Shown here piece by piece: positions 17,798 through 27,721 of a DNA stretch of 64,000 nucleotides (position 1 is the first letter of the stretch; the number at the start of each line of letters is the position of its first letter). The position numbers and the translations under genes were made by a program. The DNA is taken from assembly GCA_046540055.1 (NCBI GenBank), contig JBKHFT010000001.1:12276-76275 (forward strand), in the 5' to 3' direction. The notes beneath the pieces were generated by a model. The model was not told where the DNA came from. It did not search any database and saw only the letters and a program-made list of their open reading frames with translations. The DNA comes from Alkalispirochaeta sp. (GTDB taxonomy: Bacteria; Spirochaetota; Spirochaetia; DSM-27196; Alkalispirochaetaceae).

Positions 17798-18753
17798 CGG
17801 TCACCTCCTCGGCGGGTCCGCGCCTTTATCAGTCCCACGATCCCCTGAGGCATAAAGAGCAGGACGAACACGATAATGAGGCCGTAGACAACCAGGTGGC
17901 CGTAGGGAATCACCAGCTTGAGGTACTCTCCCAGAACCCCGAGCAGGATCGATCCGACCACGGGTCCCCAGGTTCCGTACATGCCGCCCAGAAGCGTCAT
18001 CGCCAGGGGGATGAGGGTGAAGTTCACGTGAAAGGAACTATCGGGCGTGACAAACCCGAACAACTGGGTATACCCGGCACCGACGGCGCCCTGAATACCG
18101 CTGGTAATTGCGAAGACGATCAGCAGGTAGAGGTAGATGTTGATTCCACTCGATTTCGCAACCGTTTCGTCGTTCCGGATCGCCGTAATCGCGTAATAGA
18201 TTCTGCTGTGGCGAAACCACTCCGAAGCGCCGATCACCAGTGCCGCCAGGACAAGAATCATGAAGTACGTCGCAACCGAGTCGCCGTTGAAGGCCACCTC
18301 CGGCAGGAGCATCCCGTTTGGCCCGTCGGTAAGGGATTTCCAGTTATGCGCTATGACTCGAAAGATTTCCGCCAGGGCAAGGGTTACGATTGCGAAGTAC
18401 ATACCCCGCAGACGAAGAACGACCGCGCCGATACCAGCGGCAATAAGAGCTGTAAGAAGGGCGGCAAACAGAATCGTAAGAACCGGGGGGATTCCCAGGT
18501 ATTTCGCACCGATTGCCGCAACGTACCCGCCAAGTCCGAAGAAACCGGCGATACCGAAGGAGAGCTGACCGCTCCGTACCAGCATATCCCAGCTCAAAGA
18601 AAGCATCATATAGATGAGCACCGTCCGCGCAATCGTCTGCGGATAGGGGCCGGCCAACAACGGTAGAATCGCCAGGATGAGACCGGCACCGATCGCCACC
18701 AGCAGTACCAGCCGGGGTGAGAGCCCGGACTCTCGTGTGAGTTGATTGCTCAT
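17794..18753 (-). CDS. LIV-type ABC permease (LivM-like)
   Basis: GQLSFG, LRLRGMYFAIVTLA, LLGGM..WGPVVG. Confidence 0.9.
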   Translation of the reverse strand: MSNQLTRESGLSPRLVLLVAIGAGLILAILPLLAGPYPQTIARTVLIYMMLSLSWDMLVRSGQLSFGIAGFFGLGGYVAAIGAKYLGIPPVLTILFAALLTALIAAGIGAVVLRLRGMYFAIVTLALAEIFRVIAHNWKSLTDGPNGMLLPEVAFNGDSVATYFMILVLAALVIGASEWFRHSRIYYAITAIRNDETVAKSSGINIYLYLLIVFAITSGIQGAVGAGYTQLFGFVTPDSSFHVNFTLIPLAMTLLGGMYGTWGPVVGSILLGVLGEYLKLVIPYGHLVVYGLIIVFVLLFMPQGIVGLIKARTRRGGDR

Positions 18754-19676
18754 GATCGGGACTCCCGGAAGGATCGAATCATTATGGCGAATATGATCAG
18801 TCCGAAAAACATGAGGGGGGCCCAGCTCCCTCCGCCGGGGATCGCCTGGATCGCCGCCTCGGCGATACCCAGAATGACGGCGCTGATCACCACCATCGGG
18901 AGGTTCCCGATACCCGCCATCGCGACCAGAGAAAAAGAGCGCATCGTGTAGGCGCCGCCGACGGTAGGAAAGATGGAAAACTTGGTCATAAAGAACGACC
19001 CGACGATACCAAGCAGCACCGCGGAGATCGTGAATACGATCGTGTATGTCCCCTGGACATCGATACCTACAATCCGGGCACCCCTGGGGTTCTGTCCCAC
19101 CGCAGTGGCGGCTTTACCGATTCGTGTCTTCTTCAGAAACCAGAGGAGTCCGAAGAGACTCGCCAGTGCCAGAGCGACAAAGACAAAATCATAGGTACCA
19201 AAACTCACCTCGCCTATTGTCAGCGACGACGAGACGTAATCGACACTGATCTTCCGCGGTTGCGACGTCGCGATGAGGTTGACCGTCTGGCCAAGAACCA
19301 TCGCGATGCCGAACGTAAGGATCAACTGGTTGAGTTCAGGTCCCTTGACAGTATGGGCGATCGTCGTTTTGTACATGACCACACTGAGGATGAGCATCAC
19401 CCCGGCGGTCGGAAACAGCGCGATAAGCGGATCGATGCCGATTGCGCGTGCAAGGGCATAGGTTATGTAGGCGGCGACCATCATCATTTCGCCGTGGCCA
19501 AGGTTGACAATGTGGACAATACCGAGAACCAGCGCCATCGGTAACGCCACCGAGGCGTAGAGTCCCGCTCTCTGCAAACCGTACACCACGACGGTGGGGC
19601 GCCAGAACAGTATCAACAGCACAGCGATCCCGGTGGCAGCCGCTACGGCAACCTGAAAACGGTTAAACTTGTTCAT
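18750..19676 (-). CDS. LIV-type ABC permease (LivH-like)
   Basis: IVNLGHGE, TRIGKA, multiple TM segments; SD GGAG before ATG 19676. Confidence 0.85.
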   Translation of the reverse strand: MNKFNRFQVAVAAATGIAVLLILFWRPTVVVYGLQRAGLYASVALPMALVLGIVHIVNLGHGEMMMVAAYITYALARAIGIDPLIALFPTAGVMLILSVVMYKTTIAHTVKGPELNQLILTFGIAMVLGQTVNLIATSQPRKISVDYVSSSLTIGEVSFGTYDFVFVALALASLFGLLWFLKKTRIGKAATAVGQNPRGARIVGIDVQGTYTIVFTISAVLLGIVGSFFMTKFSIFPTVGGAYTMRSFSLVAMAGIGNLPMVVISAVILGIAEAAIQAIPGGGSWAPLMFFGLIIFAIMIRSFRESRS

Positions 19677-19690
19677 GTGTGCATGACTCC

Positions 19691-19720
19691 AAAAAATGCG
19701 GCGGGCGGTAACGCCCGCCG
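19691..19720 (-). terminator. Hairpin plus U-tract after the binding-protein gene
   Basis: CGGCGGGCG-TTAC-CGCCCGCCG-CA-TTTTTT on the minus strand. Confidence 0.6.
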
Positions 19721-19726
19721 TCGTCG

Positions 19727-20947
19727 TTACCGGTCGTTCCACCCGGGGAACGGGTAGTCAGGCTCCGCGGTGGAGAACTCGAAGGGCCACAGGACTTCCT
19801 GCTTCCCGTCCTGCCATTGCAGAATCTTCTGCTGACGGATTCCCTGGTTGGAGATAACCTTGGACGGTGAAAAGCTGATTGTTTCACCAAGAGGTGATTC
19901 GTAGGCGATATTCTGAAGCGCCTCGATGACTGCTTCCTTTTCGGTTGTCCCGGCGGCCTCTACAGCCTCGGCGAGAATCATGATCGCTGTGTAGCCGAGA
20001 GGCGCAAAGTAGGTAGCCGGCTCCTCATCGTACGTATCGACATAGCCTTCATAGAACTGTCGGCTCACATCGCTCACGTCGTTGAGCGCCGGGGCCCACA
20101 TGCCGTAGAGAGTAACGCCCTCGGCCAGGGCCGACTCGCCGAAGTCGGCGGGCCATCCCGGAGGAGCACCGACAAAGAGGGGAGGTACAAAATTGATCGC
20201 CCGGGCCTGTTCCATCATCGGTAGCGCATCGGCGTCGTATCCGGCCCAGATAAAGACGTCCGGGTCGTACTCTTTGGCCCGCTCCAGAACGGGAGTGTAG
20301 TCACCACCGCCTGCGGCGGCTGATTTAAAGGACTCGCCTTCGATTTCCATATCGGAGAAAAGCTCTACCGTGGCATCAAAGGAGGCGCTGCCGAAGGCAC
20401 CCTCTTCGTACGCGAGAAACCAGCGTTCAATTTCGATATCCGCGTAACGTTCCGCGATGGCGTTCCACCCTTCAACGTAACTGGCACCCTGGTTGTAATC
20501 CCACGGATGCAGGTGAAAGTACCAGTCCTGATTCTCACCGATCGCCTCTTCGGCGAGGTGACTTGCCGCACCGGTCCACATTGTGACCTTCTGGTATCGC
20601 CTGAGCGCGGGGGCTTGCCCGAGATGCACGTTGCTGGCCATACCACCCACGAAGAAATCGACGTCTTCCACCGTGGCCAGGCGTTCGATAGCGGCGGCTC
20701 CTTTTTCGGGACTGAACTCGCTGTCGATAACAACCAACTCCACCGGACGACCGAGAAGGCCCCCGTCGGCGTTAATCTCGTCGACTGCAATTTGCGCGGC
20801 TTTGCTGCCCTGGTCACCGGTAATATCGCCGAGGGGCCAGACACCGCCGAACTTGATCGGTTCGTCTCCCTCCTGTTGGCCACCGGCAAAGAGAACGCCG
20901 ACTACGAGAAGCATGAGTACCGCAAGGACCCAACTACATTTCTTCAT
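19727..20947 (-). CDS. LIV-type ABC substrate-binding protein
   Basis: Signal peptide ..FAGGQQE; EINADGGLLGRPVELVVID. Confidence 0.9.
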   Translation of the reverse strand: MKKCSWVLAVLMLLVVGVLFAGGQQEGDEPIKFGGVWPLGDITGDQGSKAAQIAVDEINADGGLLGRPVELVVIDSEFSPEKGAAAIERLATVEDVDFFVGGMASNVHLGQAPALRRYQKVTMWTGAASHLAEEAIGENQDWYFHLHPWDYNQGASYVEGWNAIAERYADIEIERWFLAYEEGAFGSASFDATVELFSDMEIEGESFKSAAAGGGDYTPVLERAKEYDPDVFIWAGYDADALPMMEQARAINFVPPLFVGAPPGWPADFGESALAEGVTLYGMWAPALNDVSDVSRQFYEGYVDTYDEEPATYFAPLGYTAIMILAEAVEAAGTTEKEAVIEALQNIAYESPLGETISFSPSKVISNQGIRQQKILQWQDGKQEVLWPFEFSTAEPDYPFPGWNDR

Positions 20948-20965
20948 TTCTCCCTCCTTATTGGA

Positions 20966-20988
20966 ATGAAAGGTGAATCATCTCTCAT
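20966..20988. promoter_or_regulatory. Putative TetR operator 1
   Basis: Quasi-palindrome ATGAAAGGTGA-A-TCATCTCTCAT just downstream of a minus-strand TTGACA-17-CACAAT promoter (21024-20996). Confidence 0.65.
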
Positions 20989-21032
20989 TCAATTCATTGT
21001 GGGGTGAACCACCCCGGTTGTCAAACGATTTC

Positions 21033-21839
21033 TTATCGCGGGACTTGCCGCGCGCCGAATTCTTCTATCAGCGTTCGAAACCGGTCGGGGTCCTCCACCA
21101 TCACTGAATGACCAACCCCTTCAAGAGACTGTAACTCCCCATACGGGAACGCATCCGCCGTCGCCCGTGCCATTTCATCGGTTATGAGCGCGTCCAGTTC
21201 ACCCCGCACGACAAGGACCATCTTCCGGACCTCCCCTACCCGTCCACGATAGTCAAAGCGTTCGAGGGCGCGGGGGTTTCCGGTAAAAGCGATCGGATTC
21301 ATCTGCATGGCGGTTTCGGTAAGACGCTGCAAGAACGCCTCGTCCTGCATCGTCGGTGTCACCGACCGGAGCGCATTTTTCAACAGCTCCGGATCATCCT
21401 TGTAGCGCTCAATCACCGGATAGTATTCCTCCGGAGTAAACAACCCCTCCACGGGGGCAGAGTCGACCAGAAGCAGGCGGTCGACAAGGACCGGATAGTC
21501 GACAGCCAGAGCGATCGCGACGGCACCGCCAAGGGAATGACCAACCACGTACGCACCGGTAACCTCGAGGGCGGTAAGAAACTCGGCAACATACAACGCG
21601 TAGGTGTCGATCTCTGCCGTATCCAGACGGCTGGAATCACCGAAGTTCGGCATGTCCAACGCGATTGTCCGATAGCCGGGAACGTTCATCACCGACTCGA
21701 ACCAGAGCTTGCCCCCGGTGTTACCGTGAATAAAGAGCAACACCGGTGCACCGGCTTCCCCATATTCCCAGTACGCGATCTCAACACGTGCAACGGTAAT
21801 TCGCTTCGTTTCGTACACCGCCGGCTCCCGATTCACCAA
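21033..21839 (-). CDS. Alpha/beta-fold hydrolase
   Basis: IHGN, DMPNFGDS, GHSLGG nucleophile elbow, GELD, GVGH. Confidence 0.85.
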   Translation of the reverse strand: MVNREPAVYETKRITVARVEIAYWEYGEAGAPVLLFIHGNTGGKLWFESVMNVPGYRTIALDMPNFGDSSRLDTAEIDTYALYVAEFLTALEVTGAYVVGHSLGGAVAIALAVDYPVLVDRLLLVDSAPVEGLFTPEEYYPVIERYKDDPELLKNALRSVTPTMQDEAFLQRLTETAMQMNPIAFTGNPRALERFDYRGRVGEVRKMVLVVRGELDALITDEMARATADAFPYGELQSLEGVGHSVMVEDPDRFRTLIEEFGARQVPR

Positions 21840-21855
21840 CTAAAGGTGTTTGTTG

Positions 21856-21872
21856 ATGAGAGATGATTCACC
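21856..21872. promoter_or_regulatory. Putative TetR operator 2
   Basis: ATGAGAGATGATTCACC is the exact reverse complement of 20972-20988. Confidence 0.65.
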
Positions 21873-22146
21873 CCTCGCACAACCTATTGTCACCCGGGTT
21901 TTTGGAGCCGTCAAGGTTTATTTCCGGTCACGATTCACTTCCGAAGGGACAGACCGGCCATCGACACGAAAACATCCCAACCCCCTGGCAGCAAGATCGA
22001 GAGGTGTTAAGCAAAAAGAGGGATACAGGGAAATGGGGCTCGAATCGTAAGCAGAGCATGCAAAAGGACGGTACTTCGCCGCACCGGTTCCGAAGGAATG
22101 GACGTCTTGTCGTGCTGGTGAAGCCGGAGTATCATTTGTACTCACA

Positions 22147-22869
22147 ATGGCACGACGCACGCGATTGTCTACCGAGCTTCTCAACGAGATTCGTGACATC
22201 ATTTCTCGCGAGGACTTTCAACCGGGACAGAAGTTCTACTCGGAGCATCAGCTCGTTGATCGCCTCTCGGCGAGCCGCCCGTCGATCCGGGAAGCACTCA
22301 AGATGCTGGAAGGAAACGGAGAGGTTTACATCCAGCAGGGACGAGGTGTCTTCATCGGACCGGAGCGGATGCCCGACCTCGATTCCCTCTCGGACTACAT
22401 TCGCGCTCATCGTGAGCCCCTCCACGACCATTTCGAAGTGCGCCTCCTGATCGAACCTGACGCCGCCCGGTATGCTGCACACCGACGAGACGCGGACGAC
22501 CTGGAACAGATGTGGGCAGCTATCGCGGCGTTCGAGGAGGCTGCGAAAAACGCCGATCACCGTGCGGCGGTGATCGCGGATGTGCGCCTCCACGAGACGA
22601 TCTCGCGGGCAACGCGCAACAGAACCCTGTTTCAACTGATGCGAGCAATGACAACGTCCCTGACGGAAGGGTGGATGTCCAGTCTGGGAATGCGCGGTCG
22701 GATCGAGGCGTCCGTAACCGAACATCGCGCTATCGTCGATGCGATCGCCGGCGGAGACGGAGAAGCGGCAGCGGAGGCGATGCGTCGTCACCTTTCCCAC
22801 GCGGTGGACAGCATCGAGGAGATTGCCGAAGAGACGGGAGATTCTTCTTGCGTTTCCAGCGATTCGTGA
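22147..22869 (+). CDS. GntR/FadR-family regulator (FCD domain)
   Basis: SEHQL..SRPSIREALKMLE..QGRGVF; EVRLLIE, D..LH, EH..I..AI. Confidence 0.9.
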   Translation: MARRTRLSTELLNEIRDIISREDFQPGQKFYSEHQLVDRLSASRPSIREALKMLEGNGEVYIQQGRGVFIGPERMPDLDSLSDYIRAHREPLHDHFEVRLLIEPDAARYAAHRRDADDLEQMWAAIAAFEEAAKNADHRAAVIADVRLHETISRATRNRTLFQLMRAMTTSLTEGWMSSLGMRGRIEASVTEHRAIVDAIAGGDGEAAAEAMRRHLSHAVDSIEEIAEETGDSSCVSSDS

Positions 22870-22924
22870 TACCATAACTTGTAAGACAACTTACATCTTA
22901 CAAATATCACGGAGGTAATGCGCC

Positions 22925-23764
22925 ATGCCCGTTACCATAACGACCCTTATTGAGAACTCCCCGAGTGAACACCTGGGCCTCCAGGCGGAACACGGTCTTT
23001 CGTTTCTCATCCAGTCAGGAACCGAATCAATCGTCTTCGATACCGGACAGAGCGATCGCTTCCTCGCAAATGCGTTGGAGCTCAACCTCGATCTCCCGCG
23101 CATCGTGACACGAGTCGTGCTGAGTCACGGCCATTACGACCATACCGGGGGTCTCCGCTCACTCCTCGATCAGACACAACAGAGCATCACCATTGACGTT
23201 GGCACGGGGTTTTTCGTACCGAAGTACGCACTGAACGGCCCGTCTCTGATCTATCTGGGCAACAACTTCACGCGGGACGAGCTTATCGGCCGGGGTCACA
23301 CGGTGACCGAGCACAGCGCCGAAACGACCGAGATCGCTCCCGACGTCTACATCATTACCGCCTACCGCCGGGATGTCGATCGGGAATGGCCCAACGAGCG
23401 GTTCGTCGTTCCTGACGCATCGGGGAACATGGTGATGGATCGGTTCGACGATGAAATCTCGATCGTCGCTCGTACCGACCGAGGGCTGGTCGTTCTCGTC
23501 GGCTGCTCCCATCCGGGGATCCTCAATATCCTCGCCACCGTCGAGGATCGTTTCTCCGACCCGATCTACGCCGTTCTGGGAGGCACGCACCTCGTGGAAG
23601 CATCCGGATCCCGCCTTGATCGGGCGATCGAGTCTTTGGCCGCCCGGGGTGACACGCTCCTCGGTATGTCCCATTGCACGGGAGAGGAGGCGATGGGTCG
23701 TCTCGCCGAGGTCTCTCCCCATTACTTTCACAACCACACAGGAGTTCGTCTCATCGTACGGTGA
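22925..23764 (+). CDS. MBL-fold metallohydrolase
   Basis: AEHGLS, FDTG, SHGHYDHTGG, GCSHPG, GGTHL, SHCTG. Confidence 0.85.
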   Translation: MPVTITTLIENSPSEHLGLQAEHGLSFLIQSGTESIVFDTGQSDRFLANALELNLDLPRIVTRVVLSHGHYDHTGGLRSLLDQTQQSITIDVGTGFFVPKYALNGPSLIYLGNNFTRDELIGRGHTVTEHSAETTEIAPDVYIITAYRRDVDREWPNERFVVPDASGNMVMDRFDDEISIVARTDRGLVVLVGCSHPGILNILATVEDRFSDPIYAVLGGTHLVEASGSRLDRAIESLAARGDTLLGMSHCTGEEAMGRLAEVSPHYFHNHTGVRLIVR

Positions 23765-23794
23765 GAGAAAACCGGAAGAAACAAGGAGCAGTAC

Positions 23795-25138
23795 ATGGCA
23801 AGTGGATTTCTGTTATTCGCCATTATCGGTTTCGCGATCGTCGGATCAGTCGTTCTGATTTCGCGCTACCGATGGCACCCCTTCATCGTGCTTCTGCTGG
23901 CCGCCTATTTCGTCGGTATGACCGGCGGTCTCGGCGTGGACGGCACGATCGGGAAGATCACCGAGGGATTCGGCGGAATCCTCGGCAGCATCGGTATCGT
24001 GATCATCGCGGGAACAATCATCGGGACGATTCTCGAGAAGACCGGTGCTGCATTGACGATGGCAAACACGATCCTCGGGGTTGTGGGTCCGAAGCATGCG
24101 CCCCTCACGATGAGTCTCACCGGCTACGTCACGAGTGTTCCTGTCTTCTGTGATTCCGGCTTCGTGATCCTCAGCCCCATCAACCGCGCCCTCGCGGAGA
24201 AGTCGAAGATCTCCCTTGCGGTGATGGCAACTGCGCTGAGCTCCGGCCTGTACGCGACGCACTGCCTCGTCCCCCCGACGCCGGGGCCGATCATCATGGC
24301 GGGGAACCTCAACGCCGACCTTGGCCTCCTCATACTTGTGGGAGCAGCGGTCTCCGTTCCGGTGATGCTCGCCGGATACTTTTACGCGATGAGAATCTCC
24401 TCACGGTTTCACATCGAGGCCAACCCCGAGGCGACGGTGGAGCAGCTCATAGAAAAATACGGGAAGCTTCCCGGAGCCCTTCGGTCGTTCGCACCGATCC
24501 TCGTGCCGATCATCCTGATCGCGCTGAAGTCGATCGCCGACTTTCCCGCCCATCCCTTCGGCGAGGGGTTTGTGAAGGATTTCTTCAATTTCATTGGAAA
24601 CCCCGTTACCGCGTTGATTATCGGTGTCGGTCTGGCGATGACGCTGGTGCCGGAGCAGGAGAAGGGCAACGGATTCAAGTGGATCAGAAGCGGCATCGAG
24701 AACGCGGCATCGATCCTTGCGATCACCGGTGCCGGAGGGGCTCTCGGACTGATCCTTCGGGAACTCCCGATCGCCGACGCCTTGAGCGGAAGTCTCCTTC
24801 AGTTCAATATCGGACTGCTGATCCCCTTCATCATCGCGGCTCTCCTCAAGACGGCGATGGGTGCCTCGACGGTCGCAATGATCATCACCTCCGCGATGAT
24901 TGCGCCTCTGATGGGAGAGCTGGGAATGACCACCTCCTTCGCACGGATACTCGTGGTACTCGCGATCGGCGCGGGCTCCATGGTCGTCTCCCACGCCAAC
25001 GACAGCTATTTCTGGGTGGTATCGCAATTCTCGGATATGGATACGGCGACAGCGTACAAGACGCAATCAGGGGTCACCCTTGTCCAGGGAATCGTGGCAA
25101 TAGTGATTCTGATGATCCTCCGGGTTCTTTTCGTCTGA
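23795..25138 (+). CDS. GntP-family sugar-acid permease
   Basis: HPFIVL, PVFCDSGFVIL, VPPTPGP, SHANDSYFWV. Confidence 0.92.
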   Translation: MASGFLLFAIIGFAIVGSVVLISRYRWHPFIVLLLAAYFVGMTGGLGVDGTIGKITEGFGGILGSIGIVIIAGTIIGTILEKTGAALTMANTILGVVGPKHAPLTMSLTGYVTSVPVFCDSGFVILSPINRALAEKSKISLAVMATALSSGLYATHCLVPPTPGPIIMAGNLNADLGLLILVGAAVSVPVMLAGYFYAMRISSRFHIEANPEATVEQLIEKYGKLPGALRSFAPILVPIILIALKSIADFPAHPFGEGFVKDFFNFIGNPVTALIIGVGLAMTLVPEQEKGNGFKWIRSGIENAASILAITGAGGALGLILRELPIADALSGSLLQFNIGLLIPFIIAALLKTAMGASTVAMIITSAMIAPLMGELGMTTSFARILVVLAIGAGSMVVSHANDSYFWVVSQFSDMDTATAYKTQSGVTLVQGIVAIVILMILRVLFV

Positions 25139-25165
25139 CGAACGGGAGGTCTCCCTCAATATGTT

Positions 25166-25193
25166 CCGGGCGCTCCGTTGAAGGGGCGCCCGG
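25166..25193. terminator. Hairpin between convergent genes
   Basis: CCGGGCGCTCC-GTTGAA-GGGGCGCCCGG. Confidence 0.5.
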
Positions 25194-25229
25194 TTCGTTT
25201 GTCCGGGTGGCGGACCGGTGGACCGGCTG

Positions 25230-26402
25230 CTACAGATCCACCCAGCGTCCGTCGTTCTCGCTTGATTCTATCGCTGCAGCGATAAACTCGAGTCCCCGGA
25301 GTCCGTCGGTTGCAGTGGGAAAGGTCATCGCCGGCGGATCGGGGTGGACCCCGGCGATCGCGGCGGCGATCGCCTCTGCCGCGTCGCTGTAAATCGTGGC
25401 AAACGCCTCGGGGAACCCTTCGGGATGTCCTTTCACAATCCTGCTTACCCGCCGCGCCGCCGGCAGAACCCCCGGTCCGTTCGGCACGAAACGGCGGATC
25501 GGCATGTCGAGGGAGCGGAACTCCAGCTCCTGGGGAACTTCCTGGTACCATTCGATCGTCCCCCGGGAACCGCTGACACGGATTCTGAGGGAGTTGTCCA
25601 TACCGGCGGCGGCCTGGGTTACCCAGAACACGCCGCGGGCGCCGTTGCTCATCCGCAGAAGCGCGCCTCCGAAATCGTCGAACTGCCGCTCCGGAACGAT
25701 CGCTCCCAGCTCCGCGGCGAGGGACCGCACCTCGAGCCCCGTCACGTACCGTAACAGATGGTGTGCGTGGGTACCGATATCCCCCATCACCGCCGACGGT
25801 CCCCGCCGGGCGGGGTCGAACTTCCACGATCGGGGGGTACCGGGAATCCGTTCCAGCGCTTCCGCCTTTCCTCCCTGGACGTACTCGACCTGCACGAGAC
25901 GGATATCCCCGAGCTCCCCCGCCTCGACGAGGGCACGCGCCTGTCTGACCATCGGATATCCGGTATAATTGTGGGTGAGACAGAACACCCTTCTCGCCTC
26001 GTCCACCTTCCGGACGAGTTCCTTCGCCTCATCAAGGGTGTTTGTCAGCGGTTTGTCACAGATCACGTGATATCCGTGGTCCAGCGCCGCCATCGCGTAG
26101 GGGAAGTGTCCGTCGTTCGGGGTCATGATCGCCACCGCGTCGATCCCGTCGTCCCGCTTCCGTTCCGCTTCAAGAAGCTCCGCCACACTTTTGTAGATAC
26201 GGTCGTCGGCAACACCGTACCCCCGGGCGGCAAGGGCAGACCGATCGGGGTCGGAGGAAAAAATCCCCGTTACCACCTCATAGCGGTCGTCCATGTTGGC
26301 GGCGATCCGGTGAATCCCACCGATAAACGATCCCGGTCCGCCTCCGATCATCGCCAATCGGATCTTCCGTCCCAACATCTCCATCACGGGGTTTTCTTTC
26401 AT
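25230..26402 (-). CDS. Gfo/Idh/MocA-family oxidoreductase
   Basis: IGGGPGSFIG..H, TPN..H, CDKP, HNYTGYPMV, DIGTH. Confidence 0.9.
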   Translation of the reverse strand: MKENPVMEMLGRKIRLAMIGGGPGSFIGGIHRIAANMDDRYEVVTGIFSSDPDRSALAARGYGVADDRIYKSVAELLEAERKRDDGIDAVAIMTPNDGHFPYAMAALDHGYHVICDKPLTNTLDEAKELVRKVDEARRVFCLTHNYTGYPMVRQARALVEAGELGDIRLVQVEYVQGGKAEALERIPGTPRSWKFDPARRGPSAVMGDIGTHAHHLLRYVTGLEVRSLAAELGAIVPERQFDDFGGALLRMSNGARGVFWVTQAAAGMDNSLRIRVSGSRGTIEWYQEVPQELEFRSLDMPIRRFVPNGPGVLPAARRVSRIVKGHPEGFPEAFATIYSDAAEAIAAAIAGVHPDPPAMTFPTATDGLRGLEFIAAAIESSENDGRWVDL

Positions 26403-26493
26403 CGTGTGCTCCTGTTCATACTGTAGACCGAGTTCGTTCACATGACAACGATCGCACCGTGGCGCGTCGGGGGAGCTCCCGGGCGATCGATGT

Positions 26494-27594
26494 CTATTCG
26501 TCTATCGCAGCCAGCAGGAGGTCTCCGACGCTCGAGGTGGTTCCCGTCCCGCCCATATCGGGGGTAAGGACACCTCTGTCACCGGTAACGATCGTCTCGA
26601 TTGCAGCGAGGATCTTCGCCGCCGCCTCGGGGTGGCCGAGGAAGTCGAGCATCAGCTTCACCGTCCACACCATCGCGATCGGGTTGGCGAGGTTCTTCCC
26701 GGCGATCGTGGGTGCCGACCCGTGAACCGGTTCGAACATGCTGGGGTACTCTTTCTCGGGGTTGATGTTTCCCCCGGCGGCGAAGCCGAGACCACCCTGG
26801 AGCACGCCTCCCAGGTCGGTGAGGATATCGCCGAAGAGATTCGAGGCGACGACGACGTCGAAATCCTCGGGGCGCTGGATCATGTACATGCTCATCGCGT
26901 CGACGTGGTACTGGTCGGTGGTGATCTCCGGATACTCCCCGCCGATTTCGGCAAACACCTCGTCCCAGAAGACGAGGCTGTGGTTGAGGGCGTTGCTCTT
27001 GGTGACGCTTGTCACTTTCGAATGGGTTTTCCGTCCCAGGGCGCGGCGGGCGTCGGCGCGGCTGCGAGCAAGCTCGAAAGCGTAGCGCATCACCCGTTCG
27101 GTGGTCTTTCGGGTGAAGACAGAGGTCTGAACCACCGTTTCATCGGGGGTACCACGCCTGACCCGTCCACCGACCCCGGCGTACTCACCTTCGGTGTTCT
27201 CCCGGACGAATACCATGTCGAGATCGGCGGGACCTTTCCCTTTGAGAGGGCAGTCCTCCTCGGTCAGGAGCTTCACAGGCCGGAAGTTCACGTACTGGTT
27301 GAAGCCCTGCCGGATCTCGAGGAGAAGGTCCCGGAGGCTGATGTGGTCCGGCACCCCCGGGAAGCCCACCGCGCCAAGGAGGATCGCGTCGGTGTCGCGC
27401 AGGCGCTCCATCCCGTCGGGAGCCATCATCCGGCCCATCTTTGTGTAGTACTCGCACCCCCAGTCGTAGTGGTCGTAGACAAAGGAGAATCCCCCGTCCA
27501 GGGCGGCTACCCGTTCGAGGGCGCGCAATCCCTCGTGCATTACTTCCGTTCCGATGCCGTCACCGGGTATCACCGCGAGTCTGTACGTTTTCAT
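26494..27594 (-). CDS. Tartrate/D-malate dehydrogenase (decarboxylating) family, paralogue 2
   Basis: PGDGIG, VPDHISL, RENTEGEY, TKSN, NLFGDILTD, EPVHGSAP. Confidence 0.88.
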   Translation of the reverse strand: MKTYRLAVIPGDGIGTEVMHEGLRALERVAALDGGFSFVYDHYDWGCEYYTKMGRMMAPDGMERLRDTDAILLGAVGFPGVPDHISLRDLLLEIRQGFNQYVNFRPVKLLTEEDCPLKGKGPADLDMVFVRENTEGEYAGVGGRVRRGTPDETVVQTSVFTRKTTERVMRYAFELARSRADARRALGRKTHSKVTSVTKSNALNHSLVFWDEVFAEIGGEYPEITTDQYHVDAMSMYMIQRPEDFDVVVASNLFGDILTDLGGVLQGGLGFAAGGNINPEKEYPSMFEPVHGSAPTIAGKNLANPIAMVWTVKLMLDFLGHPEAAAKILAAIETIVTGDRGVLTPDMGGTGTTSSVGDLLLAAIDE

Positions 27595-27620
27595 CGACGC
27601 CTCCTTCGATACGATCAGAT

Positions 27621-27665
27621 AAAAAAAAGCGGTGAGGCGGCGCTACCTGTATACCGCCCCACCGC
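27621..27665 (-). terminator. Intrinsic terminator between the two dehydrogenase genes
   Basis: GCGGTGGGGCGG-13 nt-CCGCCTCACCGC-TTTTTTTT on the minus strand. Confidence 0.7.
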
Positions 27666-27721
27666 AGGGTGCTTTCGTTCCGGCTCCGGTGGCCGACGTG
27701 AACGGCCGATCCGGACCCTGC

